The notes under the pieces: generated by a model | Database searches by the model: none | What the model was told of the DNA's origin: nothing | The model's input: only the letters and a program-made list of their open reading frames with translations | DNA from: Eledone cirrhosa | Lineage: Eukaryota | Reading direction: 5' to 3' | DNA: 64,000 nt | Assembly: GCA_964016885.1 (NCBI GenBank) | Contig: OZ024751.1 | Location: 15,562,001-15,626,000, forward strand | Part shown: positions 1 through 13,447 of the stretch, piece by piece | Layout of the letters: each line of letters starts with the position of its first letter | How positions within the stretch are numbered: the stretch's first letter is position 1 | Translations under genes and position numbers: made by a program

Positions 1-178
1 GTTGGGTTTATTAATCTACAACTAGGCTTATTATTAAAGTCATTTTTATGATCCTTCAAAGTGATATAGGCACTACGTTTGGTTAAGCTTGCCATTCTTT
101 TATCTATCTTTAAGTGTTTAGCGGCATCTTTAGCTTCTTTGTTAGTATTATCATAGGTGGTCGGTTTAGCTTCACTAT
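1..178 (-). pseudogene. Penelope-like element RT, N-terminal fragment running off the left window edge
   Basis: Manual minus-strand translation ...[39 protein letters not shown] matches the PLE RT 'YITLKDHK..F...P.CRLINP' motif. It abuts a (CT)/(TA)n tract. Confidence 0.8.
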
Positions 179-196
179 CTCCCCCCTCTCTCTTTC

Positions 197-290
<94 letters not shown>

Positions 291-292
<2 letters not shown>

Positions 293-342
293 AAAATGTT
301 TAACCCCGACGGCAGAGCTCAAGCCGTTTCGATGGCTATTTC
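291..342 (-). repeat. Partial copy (HHR 3' half) of the GGCAGAGCTCAAGCC HHR element family
   Basis: Minus strand reads GAAAC-GGC-ttgagctct-GCC-GTC-GGGGT. Other copies at ~24130-24305, 29160-29355, 51660-51836 and 57275-57610. Confidence 0.75.
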
Positions 343-478
343 AGAAATAGTATTAGCAACTGGAAAGACCAATGGAAACATTGTTTCCTCGGTCCGATTT
401 GACGAAAGTCGATCGATATATGTATATATGTATATATGTATGCATATATGTATGTATATATGTATGTATATATATATG

Positions 479-573
<95 letters not shown>

Positions 574-839
574 TATGTATATATATATATGTATATATAT
601 ATATGTGTATATATATATATATGTATATATATATATGTATATATATTTATCCCAAGGCCTTGGGCGCTCCAGTGATCGCATTTGATCTCCTGTATTGAGC
701 GCCGAAATATCTATGATCTATGATTTGCAGCTGATGAAGGATTTCTTCTCTTGTTTCGTCCATACTACCATACTAAACTTTGTTTACAGTAACCACACAG
801 CTCACTTCGTTTCTTCTAATTATATATATATATATATAC

Positions 840-911
<72 letters not shown>

Positions 912-912
912 C

Positions 913-972
<60 letters not shown>

Positions 973-1069
973 CGAAACAATGCAAAATGGACTGTAAGAT
1001 GAGGTAATGAAAAGTAAAAGTTACCTGGTAATCTTTGTTTTGTTTTATTGTTATTATTGTTCTTTTATC

Positions 1070-1110
1070 TGTCCAATATTTGGGGACCTAAAAGTCCCTT
1101 CATCAGGGTT
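1070..1110 (-). ncRNA. Degenerate minimal HHR; paralogue at ~34305-34340
   Basis: CTGATGA-A-GGGAC-ttttag-GTCCC-CAAA here. The paralogue reads CTGAAGA-AGGGAA..GTCAC-GAAA, and the flanks are shared (975-1110 vs 34206-34340). Confidence 0.5.
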
Positions 1111-1507
1111 TAAAGAACCATCAGTGGATAATGTTCCAATTTTCACCATTTGGGATAAAATTTATGTTTGTATATATATATATATATATATAACCTCCTT
1201 CTCGCTCAAATGAGAAATACTCCAGTAAAAACAGGAGCAAACAGGAGAAAGCCATCAACATTCGTAGTTTGTAGTTACGATGGAGATTCTGTATAATTGT
1301 TTCTACTTTTGGCACACGGCCAGAAATTATGCCAGTGCATTACTGGTACTTTATTTTATAATAATTGTTTCTACTTTAGGCACAAGGCCAGCAATTACCC
1401 AGTGCATTACTGGTACTTTATTTAATCGACCCCGTAAGGATGAAAGGCAAAGTCAACCTATTAAGAAAGATGCTGATGTTGCATAAATCGATATTTATGT
1501 AACGTCA

Positions 1508-1584
<77 letters not shown>

Positions 1585-1607
1585 GATATATATATGTATG
1601 GTTCTTA

Positions 1608-2651
1608 ATGTTTCTCGACCAAACATACCGGCAAACCTCAGGGATACCCATGGGATCAAGCCTGTCGGGTGTGCTAGCGATCTCGTACAAGGACAGCCTC
1701 GAGCGCAAGCCACTCAATGCCTGCCACACCAATGCTGTCGCCTTCTTCTCAAGATACGTGGACGACATTCTCATCCTTACATCTTCCCAGGAGATGGCAA
1801 GCGGGATTTACGAGACGTTCAGCAACACGGACGACAATATTGACTTCAGTGTTGAACACCCCAACGACGACGGGTCCCTTGCCCTCCTCGACTTCCGAAT
1901 CAGCATCACGGAGCAAAGAGGGATTCACACCAGCTTCTACAGCAAGGCAGCCTGCAGGGACTTGTTCGTCCACTACAAATCTGCCCTCCCTAACAGTGCT
2001 AAAAGTGATAACATCACGAACGAGATCACGCGAATTAAAAACAGATGCAGCGATCCCGTGAGTGGGGTCACCCATACCAAGCGGTTCCTCAGGGTGCTGG
2101 AGACGAACGGATACCCAGCCTCGCTTAAAGCAGAGTAAGAAACACCAGACGCAAGAGGCAGAGAAACACCCAAGGCAAGTGCTTCCTTAAAATCCCGCAC
2201 CTGGGCGAGAAATCCACCAACGCTATCCGCAGGGTTATACGGAGAGAGGGCCTCGACACCCACCTGGCCCACTCAGGCCCCTCCCTACGGAGATGCCTCT
2301 CCAGGAAACCCGGGAAATTGACTCAGCAACTGTCCGATGTGCCAAACGAACTGTTGCTTATACACGTACGTTGTATACAGGGTAGAATGTGACAAGTGCA
2401 ACTACTACTATATCGGTAGCACAATCCGGCCACTACATATCCGGATCAAGGAGCACATAAACACCAGGGCCTTGCCTTTCCGGAAACACATAACCAAATC
2501 CAGAAACAAAGACGGAAGGACCATTGTCACAGTGCTAGCGACAGAACGCAACGTCGGCACTTTAAGAATCAAGGAAGCACTTTGGATCAAACGCCTAGGG
2601 CCACAAATAAATAACCGATCCGAGAGAAGCGAGACAAGGTGGCTGGTGTAA
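1608..2651 (+). pseudogene. 5'-truncated Penelope-like retroelement: RT, Cys-rich linker and GIY-YIG endonuclease, disrupted
   Basis: ORF 1608-2138 has YRQTSGIPMGSSLS, RYVDD, LLDF and NGYP (PLE RT/thumb). ORF 2337-2651 has VVYRVECDKCNYYYIGSTIRPLHIRIKEH...EALWIKRLGPQIN (GIY-YIG). A stop/frameshift separates them. Confidence 0.93.
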
Positions 2652-3197
2652 ACAAACGAAACAACAACACACGCGCACACACAGTGGCATTCGAACAATT
2701 GTTATTGTGTGTATAGCTCGCCCACCATCCGCCGACCAACAAACGACAACCAGGCAGACTACCAACACTGCCAGTATCAAAGACTGAATATATGTAGTAT
2801 AATGGATTGACAGCGAAGCAGCATCCCACTCTCATAGTAAAGAGGAACTGCCTCGACCTTTGCTTGACGGCACCTATTCCGCGCGCACGCGCGCTCTACA
2901 GAATATCTCAGTTGTACACAAACGGCGGACAGCAGAGGCCAGGTACCGTTCCTCTCCAACTAAAAACTTTCCCCCTCGGAAAAACGCCCAGTTGATGGAT
3001 GCGAAATCCGAAATATAGGGACAATTAAATCTTTCCCAAGGTAACTCTATCTCGTGTTATTATTTTTACGCTCTTTCCTACGTTCCTCTACACATTATAC
3101 GTCTCATTCTACATTTCCTCTTACATCTCTCTCTTCACCACCGGATTCTATTACCCGGAGATTTACCCATCTGCATTGTTGAGGCTTCCAAAACGAC

Positions 3198-3200
<3 letters not shown>
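2652..3200 (+). mobile_element. 3' UTR/pLTR of the PLE, with a degenerate HHR at ~2986-3021
   Basis: CAGTTGA-T-GGAT-gcgaa-ATCC-GAAA-TATA-GGG (core mutated from CTGATGA). Ends in (TA)n. The tail is homologous to 29725-29795. Confidence 0.6.
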
Positions 3201-3240
<40 letters not shown>

Positions 3241-3409
3241 GTGTATAATGGTAGCTACGGTGCTTCCATAGGCGGTATGCCAAAATTAGCACTCAATATT
3301 CATACAGAGCAGAGTGTGGATAGTATAAAAACGAAAAATCAGTGATGCATCTGGACTCAGTTTATTGCGTGTTACAAATGATATCAATTTTTTTTAAACA
3401 CCCTGTGAG

Positions 3410-3456
<47 letters not shown>

Positions 3457-3669
3457 CAAAATATTAACAAATGAAAAAATTCTAATAATCACAATATATA
3501 CTTTATTATATATACTTCAGAGGTACTGTGTTGTTTTTTCAGTACGTCCTCATCAGACAAAATATATGATTTGATATATGACATACCGCTACGGTCTTGA
3601 TTATTCAATTCCAACTTCGAATTCTCTCTCTCTCTCTATATATATATATATTATATATATATATATATA

Positions 3670-3905
3670 TAGTATAAAATAACGAATAATCAGTGATGCA
3701 TCTGGACTCAGTTTATTGCGTGTTACAATTGTTTCGCCGGCAGGTAGCTCGAGACATGATCACTGTATGGATCTGGCTGATTCTACGGCTGCAGGTTCCT
3801 TCGGAGACGGGCACTTCGTTCGGAGCAAATTTTCTCACTAGAAACAATTGTAACACGCAATAAACTGAGTCCAGATGCATCACTGATTTTTCGTTTTTAT
3901 ACTAT
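3670..3905. repeat. Inverted-repeat element with ~65 bp arms between (TA)n tracts
   Basis: Arms read GAAACAATTGTAACACGCAATAAACTGAGTCCAGATGCATCACTG and carry the HHR 3' half plus AATAAA. A partial copy lies at 3320-3378. Confidence 0.75.
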
Positions 3906-4570
3906 ATATATATATATATATAAATATATATCCAAAATTAAATTTAGGGTGTCATGTCAGAGAGACATACGCCATAGCCACGGTGATTGTTTCATATGTT
4001 TATTTTATATATATATATGTCAACCAATTTCTAGTTGATATAAAAATATATATAGTTTAAAAAATGAACAGAGAACAAAAAACAGAGAGGCAGTACAAAT
4101 GATATAGTTTTTAGTTCCACGCTTGAGAGTGGGGTGGGGGTGATATATATGGTTCTTAATGTTTTATATATATATATATATATGGTGTATATGCTGATGC
4201 GTGTGTACGTGTGTACGTGTGTATGTATGTAGGTTTTTTTTCTTGTTTCACTCTCAAATATATTCTTCACTGATGTTTAGGAAAAAACTTGTGAGTGGTT
4301 GACGGCCGGATTAGTTTAAGAAGAAAGAAAATATTGATTGTGTCTAATTTTAAATCTGGTATCATTTCCTCACTTCTGATTGGTCAGTTCATATCAGTTA
4401 GACTATATATATATATAGTGAATATATATATATATATTGAAGCGAATAACTATGTGTATACTCTGGGAATGTATCTTACATTGCCCATGGAGTATGCTGA
4501 GATACAACGGCTCCTGGCCTTGATAAATATGCTGGGTCCGTCAACTCATTATATATATATATATATATAA

Positions 4571-4884
4571 GGGCGGTGGATTGGCAGTACCGGTAGAGGG
4601 TCGGACGCCATACTTTGCAGCATAGAGTTACGGCCCTTTACGTTCTGAGTTCAAATCCCGCCGAGGTTAACTACGGGGTCGAAAAAATAAAGTTCCAGAT
4701 TCGCACTGGGGTCGATTTAATCGACTTTCCCCTCCACCAAAATTGCTGGCCTTGTGCTTATATAAGAAACCATTATATACTTCCGCCGAGGTTAACTTTG
4801 CCTTTCATCCTTACGGGGTCGATAAAATAAAGTACCAGTAATGCACTGGGTAATTGCTGGCCTTGTGCCAAAAGTAGAAACAAT
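4571..4884 (+). mobile_element. tRNA-derived SINE (family A, the main family in the window)
   Basis: A-box-like TGGCAGTACCGG, B-box GAGTTCAAATCC, central CTTTGCCTTTCATCCTTACGGGGTCGATAAAATAAAGTACCAG (resembles the Meta-type SINE domain). More than 15 copies in the window. Confidence 0.85.
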
Positions 4885-4899
4885 TATATATATATATAT

Positions 4900-5030
4900 A
4901 TATAGTGAAAAATGGAACGGGAAAACAAAACAAAGAGGCAGTACGAACAAAGGTTTATTAGTTTCACGCTCAGGAGAGTGGGGGGTGGGGTGGGGAACGA
5001 CGTTTCGGGCATAAGCTCTTCTTCAGGCGA
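4900..5030 (-). ncRNA. PLE 3' end with minimal HHR (core 4999-5026)
   Basis: CTGAAGA-A-GAGC-ttat-GCCC-GAAAC-GTC, followed by AATAAA and (TA)n. Confidence 0.65.
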
Positions 5031-5601
5031 AAAGTGTGTGGGAAGAGAGTTCCAAGTGTGTGTGTAGGCGGGGGGGGGGGGGGTAAACGGAGGAAATACG
5101 GTGGCAGGGGTACAAATAAAAATAAACATAAAAAAATAAAAATAAACATGAAGATAAACAAGTGGTGAAAGGGTGTGGGCGTGTAGGGGTGTGGCGGGTG
5201 GAGTGGGGAGAGGGAGGCGGGGTGTCCGAGCGGGGAGGGCTGAAGGTTGTGTATGTGTGTAGGTGTACGTGTGTGTGCGTGTGTGTGTGTGTGTATGTGA
5301 ATGTGAGAGTTGGGGGAAGAACGAGGTACCATGTCCAGGAAAAGGTGTGTATGTGTGGGGTGAGGTATGGGTCGGTGTGTGTGTGCGCGTGTGGATGGGG
5401 AGGGGTCAGATGGGTGGGGGAAAGGGGGAGAGGATTCCAGAGGTTGAGTGTGTAAATAAGTGGGGGTACGCACGTGTGTGTGGTGTTTATACGTATTGTG
5501 GATGTAGGTGGCGTGTGGGAAAAATTTTTTTTGTGAGTGTATCTCTGTGGTTTTTCTCACATCAGATGTGAGAAAAACCACAGACCCTCCATCTCAACTC
5601 A

Positions 5602-5639
5602 CTTTTTGAAAAGCAGAAGAACTGCGAAACCGGTAAAGG
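5602..5639 (+). ncRNA. Minimal HHR, U3-A8 core variant
   Basis: CTTT-TTGAAAA-GCAG-aagaa-CTGC-GAAAC-CG-GTA-AAGG, within repeat 5563-5780. Copies at 45900-46110 and (degraded) 18765-18940. Confidence 0.75.
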
Positions 5640-6809
5640 AACCAAATAAATATATATATATTTAAAAAAAAATAAGACTCCAGTTGCATTTTCGATTTCA
5701 TCTCTTTTTATTTATACTTTCACTCGTGTTGGACACCTCGGTTATTTTTCATTTTGTAAAAAAAACGTCACTTTCTAATGTATATATATATATATATGCA
5801 TGTATATATATACATTTATATATATATACACATGTATATATATATATATATATGTGTATATATACATGACTATGCATAGTCACTATATTATGCATCCAAC
5901 CATTTTATTTTATCGGGTACCGTAGGTAGAACATTTCCTGTTACCATCGTTGTGGAAACTTAGATGAGAAATTATGATATATTTTTCTGTGTTGTGAAAA
6001 ATGTCTGTGGTTGTTTCTTTAAGTTAGAGACATATTTCTCACCTCCTCATTGACAAGATTCTGTTTTAAAATTAATGTTCATAATTACAAAATTCTTGAA
6101 AATCTATTCAAAACTATTCTCAGTGTGTTTACCAGGCAAACAATGAATATTTGCATATGTCTAATGACAAAGTTTACTTTTTCTCTTACACTACACTACA
6201 CTTCAAGTTGGAGCGGCAGGTATTCCCAAAACAGGCTCACACACAGAGACAGACACTACGTCACAGATACACAGGCACACATAGACACACAAAGACATAT
6301 GCATACCTGCGCATACAAATATACACACATATACACATACACACACAAACACACAGAGACACAAAGGCACGCATAGACAGAAAGAAACATACACACATAC
6401 CCCCCCCCCACATATATATATATAAACGTTTGTATATGTATAATAAAGCCAAAACAATGCAGGTATGGACATAGAATAAAGAATGCAAATGCAAAAGATA
6501 TTGTTGACAATTTGTCTTTTACCTTAGATTTATTTAAATGTCCTAAATTTTCGAGATAATATCTCTTCTTCAGAGGGAATAAAGTTGTCAAACCAGTGTT
6601 CTAAAAAGCTTTCCAAGTCATGCTGACAGGAAATGGTATAGAGTATCTGTTCTATCTCTAATTTCAAAGAGTTAAGATTAGGTGGGTAAAGAGTAGTCTC
6701 CCTTTAAGAGGGGTTTGTTTATGTTTTTTTTTTTTTTTTTTTTTTGTACATGCCTGTTTAAGTGTGTGGGAGAATGCATGAAGGTGTAAGTACGTACTTA
6801 CACCTTCTC

Positions 6810-6829
<20 letters not shown>

Positions 6830-6856
<27 letters not shown>

Positions 6857-7002
6857 AACACATACATACATACAAACACACACAGACACAAAGGCACGTA
6901 CAGACAGAAAGAAACATACACACATACCCCCCCACACACATATATATACACACACAAACACAAAGGCACGTACAGACAGAAAGAAACATACACACATACG
7001 CG

Positions 7003-7036
<34 letters not shown>

Positions 7037-7085
7037 CCCGCACACACAAACACATACATACACAAAGGCACGTACAGACAGAAAG

Positions 7086-7172
<87 letters not shown>

Positions 7173-7344
7173 AACATATACATACACACACACACAAACA
7201 CATACATACATACAAACACACACAGACACAAAGGCACGCACAGACAGAAAGAAACATACACACATACCCGCACACAAGCACACATACATACATACACAAA
7301 CACAAAGGCACGTACAGACAGAAAGAAACATACACACATACGCG

Positions 7345-7378
<34 letters not shown>

Positions 7379-7427
7379 CCCGCACACACAAACACATACA
7401 TACACAAAGGCACGTACAGACAGAAAG

Positions 7428-7520
<93 letters not shown>

Positions 7521-7760
7521 AACATATACATACACACACACACAAACACATACATACATACAAACACACACAGACACAAAGGCACGCACAGACAGAAAGA
7601 AACATACACACATACCCGCACACAAGCACACATACATACATACATACATACATACATACATACATACATACATACATACATACAAATACACACAGACACA
7701 AAGACACACACAGATAGAAAGACACACACACCTTCACACACGTACACACATACACATATG
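6830..7760. repeat. (CA)-rich compound minisatellite
   Basis: Recurring ACAAAGGCACGTACAGACAGAAAGAAAC unit among (CA)n/(CATA)n, with a higher-order duplication. Confidence 0.9.
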
Positions 7761-8213
7761 ACTTTAAACGATGAAAGTATTAGAAAAACCGAGTGGGATA
7801 TTAATTAATTAATTGTTTTACGATCGTTTCAGAGGGAAGAAAATCTATGTTTGAACTAATCCATGCTGGTGGTTACATAATTCCATACCATCAATCTTGA
7901 AAAAAGCACATCTACTCCTCTGCTGTCGTCCAGATGTATATGTACATAGATACATACAAATACACATACATACATATACATACGTTGGTGCTCTGAAATA
8001 GTGATGTATATATGAATGTATGTATACATTCATATATACATCACATGCGGCCCGCTTCTCGAAAAAGGTTGCCCATGCCTGGTATAGAGTTTGATTCTCT
8101 GGCGCCAGACCAATGCATTAGTTTCTGCTACTCCATCTGCTGGCGACAGTCCATATATGGAGCTGGCGTGCACAGAAATTAGGTAATATATATGTATATA
8201 CACGCATGTGTGG

Positions 8214-8287
<74 letters not shown>

Positions 8288-9944
8288 GTGTGTGTGTATC
8301 CATATATATATCTATAGAGTATAAATAATATATAGATAAACCGATGTCTTGCGCATGTGTGAATCTTTAAGTAAAGTACAAGAAGGTTATTAATTGTGTA
8401 CATATTAATATAACTGTTATATAATCTCTTTATAATGTCTATATAATGTCTTGCACACTCTTTTTCTTTCGTCTGCACACATAAAACGTATATATATATA
8501 TATATATATACATTTACATATATACAGTCACACTGACTAACACACACACACACATGTATGAGAGAGACGTAGAGAGACAAGGGGAATGTGTTACATTATG
8601 TGTATGCGCATACATTCGAGCGTGTATAGCATTAATATTGAACAGGCTAGAAGTAAAGATTGTTTTCCAAACACATTTGTTAACGCAACAGCAACAACAA
8701 CAACAAATAAGCAAATAAAATAAAATAACAAAAATACCGAGTACAAAAGCTCGAGTCATCAGAGAAATTGTATTTCGAACCTATTAATCTTTGTCACGTA
8801 TTGCTTTGAGTATGGCGTACCACTAAACGTTTAGTTCATGTTGTTGAAATATGTTTTTATAATCTTTTATTCTATTAATGGTTTCAGTCATTATTATTGG
8901 GGCCATGCTGGAGCACCGCTTTGATTTAGTCGATCACATCTATACATAACACGTAGTTTTCTCGTAGGCGGCGAATGAACAGAGACGTTAGAGCGTCGAA
9001 TAAAATGCTGTGCGTTTAATCGTTCCAGCTCTCTGATATTCTGAGTTCAAACCTGGCCGAGGTCAACATTTTTAGTCATTTTCTGCGAGGTCGATAAAAG
9101 ATGTACCAGTCCTCGACATTTCTTTCTTATTCTTAACCCCCCCCCTCTCTCTCTCTGTATATCTGTCCCTCTCTGGAAGAAATTGGATATTTTCAGACCT
9201 GGAGTGGGGATTGGCGCTCCGCCAGGTTTAAAACGCCCAAGACATGCTGTATGTCACTATGAAGCCGACTACGACTTCATCAGAAGTTACGGGTTCATTC
9301 ATACATACATACACATACATACATATGAACATACAAACATACATACATATGTATAAGCATACATACATATAAACATACATACATACAAACATACAGACAT
9401 ATGTATAAATATACATACATACGTAAATACATACATGATGATGGATGCCCCCTCGTTATCGAGTATGGCCATTGCACGAGAAGAAAAAAAAAAATACATA
9501 CATACACGCATATATACAAACATACTCACACACATACACATCCATCCATACATACACACGCACATACATACATGCATACATACATGCATACATACATAAC
9601 TAACTAAAAACTGTCACTCCGCCGGTTACGACGATGAGTATTCCAGTTGATCCGATCAATGGAACAGCCTGCTCATGAAATTAATGTACAAGTGGCCGAG
9701 CATTCCACAGACACACGTACTCTTAACGTAGTTCTCAGGGAGATTCAGCGTAACACAATACATGCATACATACATATATAATTGTAAAATATACATTCAT
9801 ATTATCATCGTTTTAAGTAAATTCTTCCATGCTAGCATGGGTTAGATGGGTTGTCTTGTTGCGGACATTGCAAGGTCAGGTGACCATGTCTTGCACATGC
9901 AGAACTGATTTTGGTTTGGTTTCTACAGCTGGATGCCATTCCTA

Positions 9945-10400
9945 AAGCCAACTTCATTTACAGTGAGTACTGGGTGCTTTTTTGTCGTGTCACCAACATG
10001 GCCACTTTACAGTGTGGACTGGGTGCTTCCTGTCGTGACATCTACACGACCACTTTCAGTGTAGGCTGGGTGCCTTTTCAGAGTCACCATTGCGACCTCT
10101 TTACCGAGTGGACTGGGTGCTTTTTTTGTCATGACACCTACACGACCACTTTACAGTGAGTACTTGGTGCATTTTTTGTCCTGGCACCAATATCGCCACT
10201 TTACAGTGTGGACAGGGTGCTTTCTGTCGTGACACCTACACGACCTCTTTACAGTGTGGGCTGGGTGCTTTATGTCGTGACATCTATACGACCTCTTTAC
10301 AGTGTGGGCTGGGTGCTTTATGTCGTGACATGTATACGACCACTTTATAGTGTAGGCTGGTGCCTTTTGCGAGTCACCATCACGACCACTTTACAGTTGT
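9945..10400. repeat. 48-bp tandem minisatellite, about 9 copies
   Basis: Unit GACACCTACACGACCTCTTTACAGTGTGGGCTGGGTGCTTTATGTCGT; unit starts at 10231 and 10279. Confidence 0.85.
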
Positions 10401-10420
10401 AAAAATAAATACATACATAC

Positions 10421-10772
10421 ATGATGGATGCCCCCACGATATCGAGTATGACCATTGCACGATATACCATTATTAATAATTATCAATTAATGCTATCGTG
10501 CAATGCCTGTGCGTGAATATTTCTTTTTAAAGTGAGGAAAGACTGTGCATGAGCCAATCCCACTCTCTGAGCGACAGTAGCTATACCCGAAAAGAAGAAA
10601 AGATCAACATCATCGGTAACTACCGAGCCTCAGGTTTTATGTTGGAGTTATTCCAATTTCCTGAGTTGTCTTCTCCTAGAAGAATGCCCTGACAAAGGCT
10701 AGGAGTCCTCCACTCCCAGTGGTTTAACCACGCGATCGGGTGGCCAGCCCGGCTATTTCTAAGTCCCCATAC
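10421..10772 (-). mobile_element. Non-autonomous retroelement family G (RTE-like tail, (TATG)n end)
   Basis: Copies at 14693-15042 (-) and 55340-55650 (+), with a tail only at 9434-9480. Confidence 0.7.
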
Positions 10773-10811
10773 ATACATACATACCTATATATATATACAT
10801 ATATATGTGTG

Positions 10812-10876
<65 letters not shown>

Positions 10877-10894
10877 CATATATATATACATATA

Positions 10895-11000
<106 letters not shown>

Positions 11001-11325
11001 GCATATATGTATATGTATATATATATATATAATAATAATTATTTCTACTTTTGGCACAAGGCCAGCAATTACCCAGTGCATTACTGGTACTTTATGTTAT
11101 CAACCCTGTAAGGATGAAAGGCAAAGTTAACCTCAGCGGGATTTGAACTCAGAATATTAATTATACTTATATATACACTATATATAATTATAAACAGGAA
11201 AGGTCAGTAATTCTTTACCACCTTATTACCAGTAAGAAAAATAGCTCAATGTAAATACATCAGATGTTTTACAGAGCAGGAATATAAATTACAGAATAAT
11301 CAAAACTATGTTCAAAACATTTTAT

Positions 11326-11372
11326 TGCTGACAATCGTTTCTTCCAAACTTTCGTTTGGAATCATCGGAGCA
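11326..11372 (-). ncRNA. Complete type I HHR with CCGAUGA core, at the 3' end of a decayed PLE (~11160-12290)
   Basis: TGCT-CCGATGA-TTCCAAAC-gaaa-GTTTGGAA-GAAAC-gatt-GTC-AGCA, followed by ATAAAA. Confidence 0.8.
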
Positions 11373-12562
11373 CTAGCAAAGTTTAGACATATCATTAACC
11401 TCCTATCCCACAGAACAATTGTAAAGATACGTAGATATTACTGTTGTCATTAACAGTGTCATATTTAAAGAGTGAAGATGATGTGGTCAGTATCAGTGGA
11501 TGCGACAAAGATTATAAAAGAATAATACAACAATTATAGAAGAATTAAAGAAGAAAGTTACTCGCAAAATGCGGACATTAGCGGTACATATGCAAACGTA
11601 TAGAAAGAGTGCAGAGGTATTAGGCATGTACAGAATAACCAGGTAAGAAACAAGCAATGGTACTAAGCATATATATCACAGTATGGCAAAGGTATCACAT
11701 AATACAATACAGGTATAAAAGCATATTAAGCAGACAGAGATGCGTGGGTAAGAAAAGCAGTTTCTATGATATTTTATGGTGGATGTAGTGTGATAATTGG
11801 TCCGGTAATGTTCAAATGTGTTTTGAGTATTAATATCAAGGTTTTCCTTTCCATTACGTTGGTTATATTTTAGGAGATGTTTATCAGTAGCTACAACTAT
11901 GGATTGAATATTGTCCTATTACAATCTTATCAAGGGTTAGAGTTGTTCTGGAGTGATCTGTCTAACGGTTTAATTTCAGGAAGTGATTAGAGATCTACAC
12001 TAAGGGGAGCTAATGGGAAAGGGGAGGTAATTGCCGATTAATTTGTGTATAAGAGAAAAATGTATTATACAAACAAGCCTCATTTTTTATAGCCATGTCA
12101 ATAGAATGAACCCTTCATTCTTGCTCTTGTGTTGGCATGTAAACAGAACTGCAGATTTTACTGCTATTACTAGTAGGTCATCACTTGATAAATCTGGCGG
12201 AGGATGAGTAAATGAGTCACCAATGTTTGAATAACCATCTACCCAATACATGGGAAAGGCATGAATGTTACAGTACAGCATTTTACCATGTGCCTCGATA
12301 AAAATAAAAACTATATGGATTTATGATACACAAGTGTAACAACTAGAGATGTATGCGTGACATTTCATTATCAGAACGAATCAGTTACATCTGATTAGAC
12401 CGGTTGATTTTGTGAGCTGGGAAAGGAATGGGAGATTTGTGACATTCATGACATTCGGAAGACATTAATGTTTTCAACCAATCAACGTCCGCTAGAAACG
12501 TCATCAAAAAACATAGTAACTTTATAAATATAAAACCACAAAAAATTCATCTTTTACCAAAG

Positions 12563-12898
12563 TACAAGGCTCAACTGAAAAGTTTCTACGCAGAAAAGTT
12601 CATAGGTTGACCAAGATACTCTCATGGAATGACCAAAGGATGTTTATTTTTCAACATAGTCCCTGGAAAGAAACAATGCAATTATTAATAAGAAAAGTTG
12701 AAATAACCTGAAAAGTTCATACGCTGACCAAGATACTCTCATGGAATAACCAAAGGATGTTTATTTTTCAACATAGTCCCTGGAAAGAAACAATACAGTT
12801 GTTAATAATGAAGAGTTGAAATTAATGCACGTAAGATTTCACAGCTCTAGCATCAATCCTTCATAGTCAGCCTATGAACGTTTCAGCTGACCCTCGTA
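12563..12898. mobile_element. Mariner-type MITE with internal duplication
   Basis: TIRs TACAAGGCTCAACTGAAA / TTTCAGCTGACCCTCGTA (TACGAGGG-type). Confidence 0.7.
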
Positions 12899-13099
12899 TA
12901 TTAAATGCCGATAACGTATAGAGTGTTTCTTTGGATTCTATCAAGAGTTATCTGGAAGAAAGTCGTAAATTTCATTTTTTAAAGATCATGGACAATGTCC
13001 CAGAGCTTATTCACTTACTGAGTGGGATGGAGCTCGTCAAATTGGAAAAAAGGAAACAATGTTTCCATTGATATTTCCATTGCTGATACTATCTACCGA

Positions 13100-13242
13100 C
13101 AAAACTCCTTTCTACAGTTGAGTAAATTGGAGAAATATGAAATAAAGTGTCTTGCTCAAGGACAAAACGCATTGCTCAGTCCAGGAATTGAACGTGCAAC
13201 CTCAAAATTGCGAATCCAACCCTCTAACCACTAAGTCACGCG
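13100..13242 (-). mobile_element. tRNA-derived SINE family B (CORE-like), partial
   Basis: Minus strand GCGTGACTTAGTGGTTAGA...GTTCAATTCC...TCCTTGAGCAAGACACTT; a fuller copy lies at 56844-57120 (+). Confidence 0.65.
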
Positions 13243-13273
13243 ATGTAGATACCGAAAGGTATCACTCAATAGT

Positions 13274-13447
13274 TACCGTATTTCCCGGCGTTGAAGACGC
13301 TACTTTTTTCCTAAAATAAGTCATAAAAAATCTACCATGTGTCATGGAGACCGAAGGTTGTTTATTATTTTTTTTTCAAATTTTTGGTTGTCAAAATTAG
13401 GGTGCGTCCTCGAGGACGAAGCGCCTTCGGCACCGAGAAATACGGTG
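13274..13447. mobile_element. Tc1/pogo-type MITE
   Basis: TIRs TACCGTATTTCCCGG / CCGAGAAATACGGT. Confidence 0.7.

Noticed and set aside
4571-4665. tRNA gene
   Set aside because: A/B boxes are present but there is no cloverleaf; it continues into a SINE body and is multi-copy.
8735-8790. HHR on the minus strand (CTGATGA-CTCGAG...CTCG)
   Set aside because: No GAAA after the stem and no consistent helices I/III.
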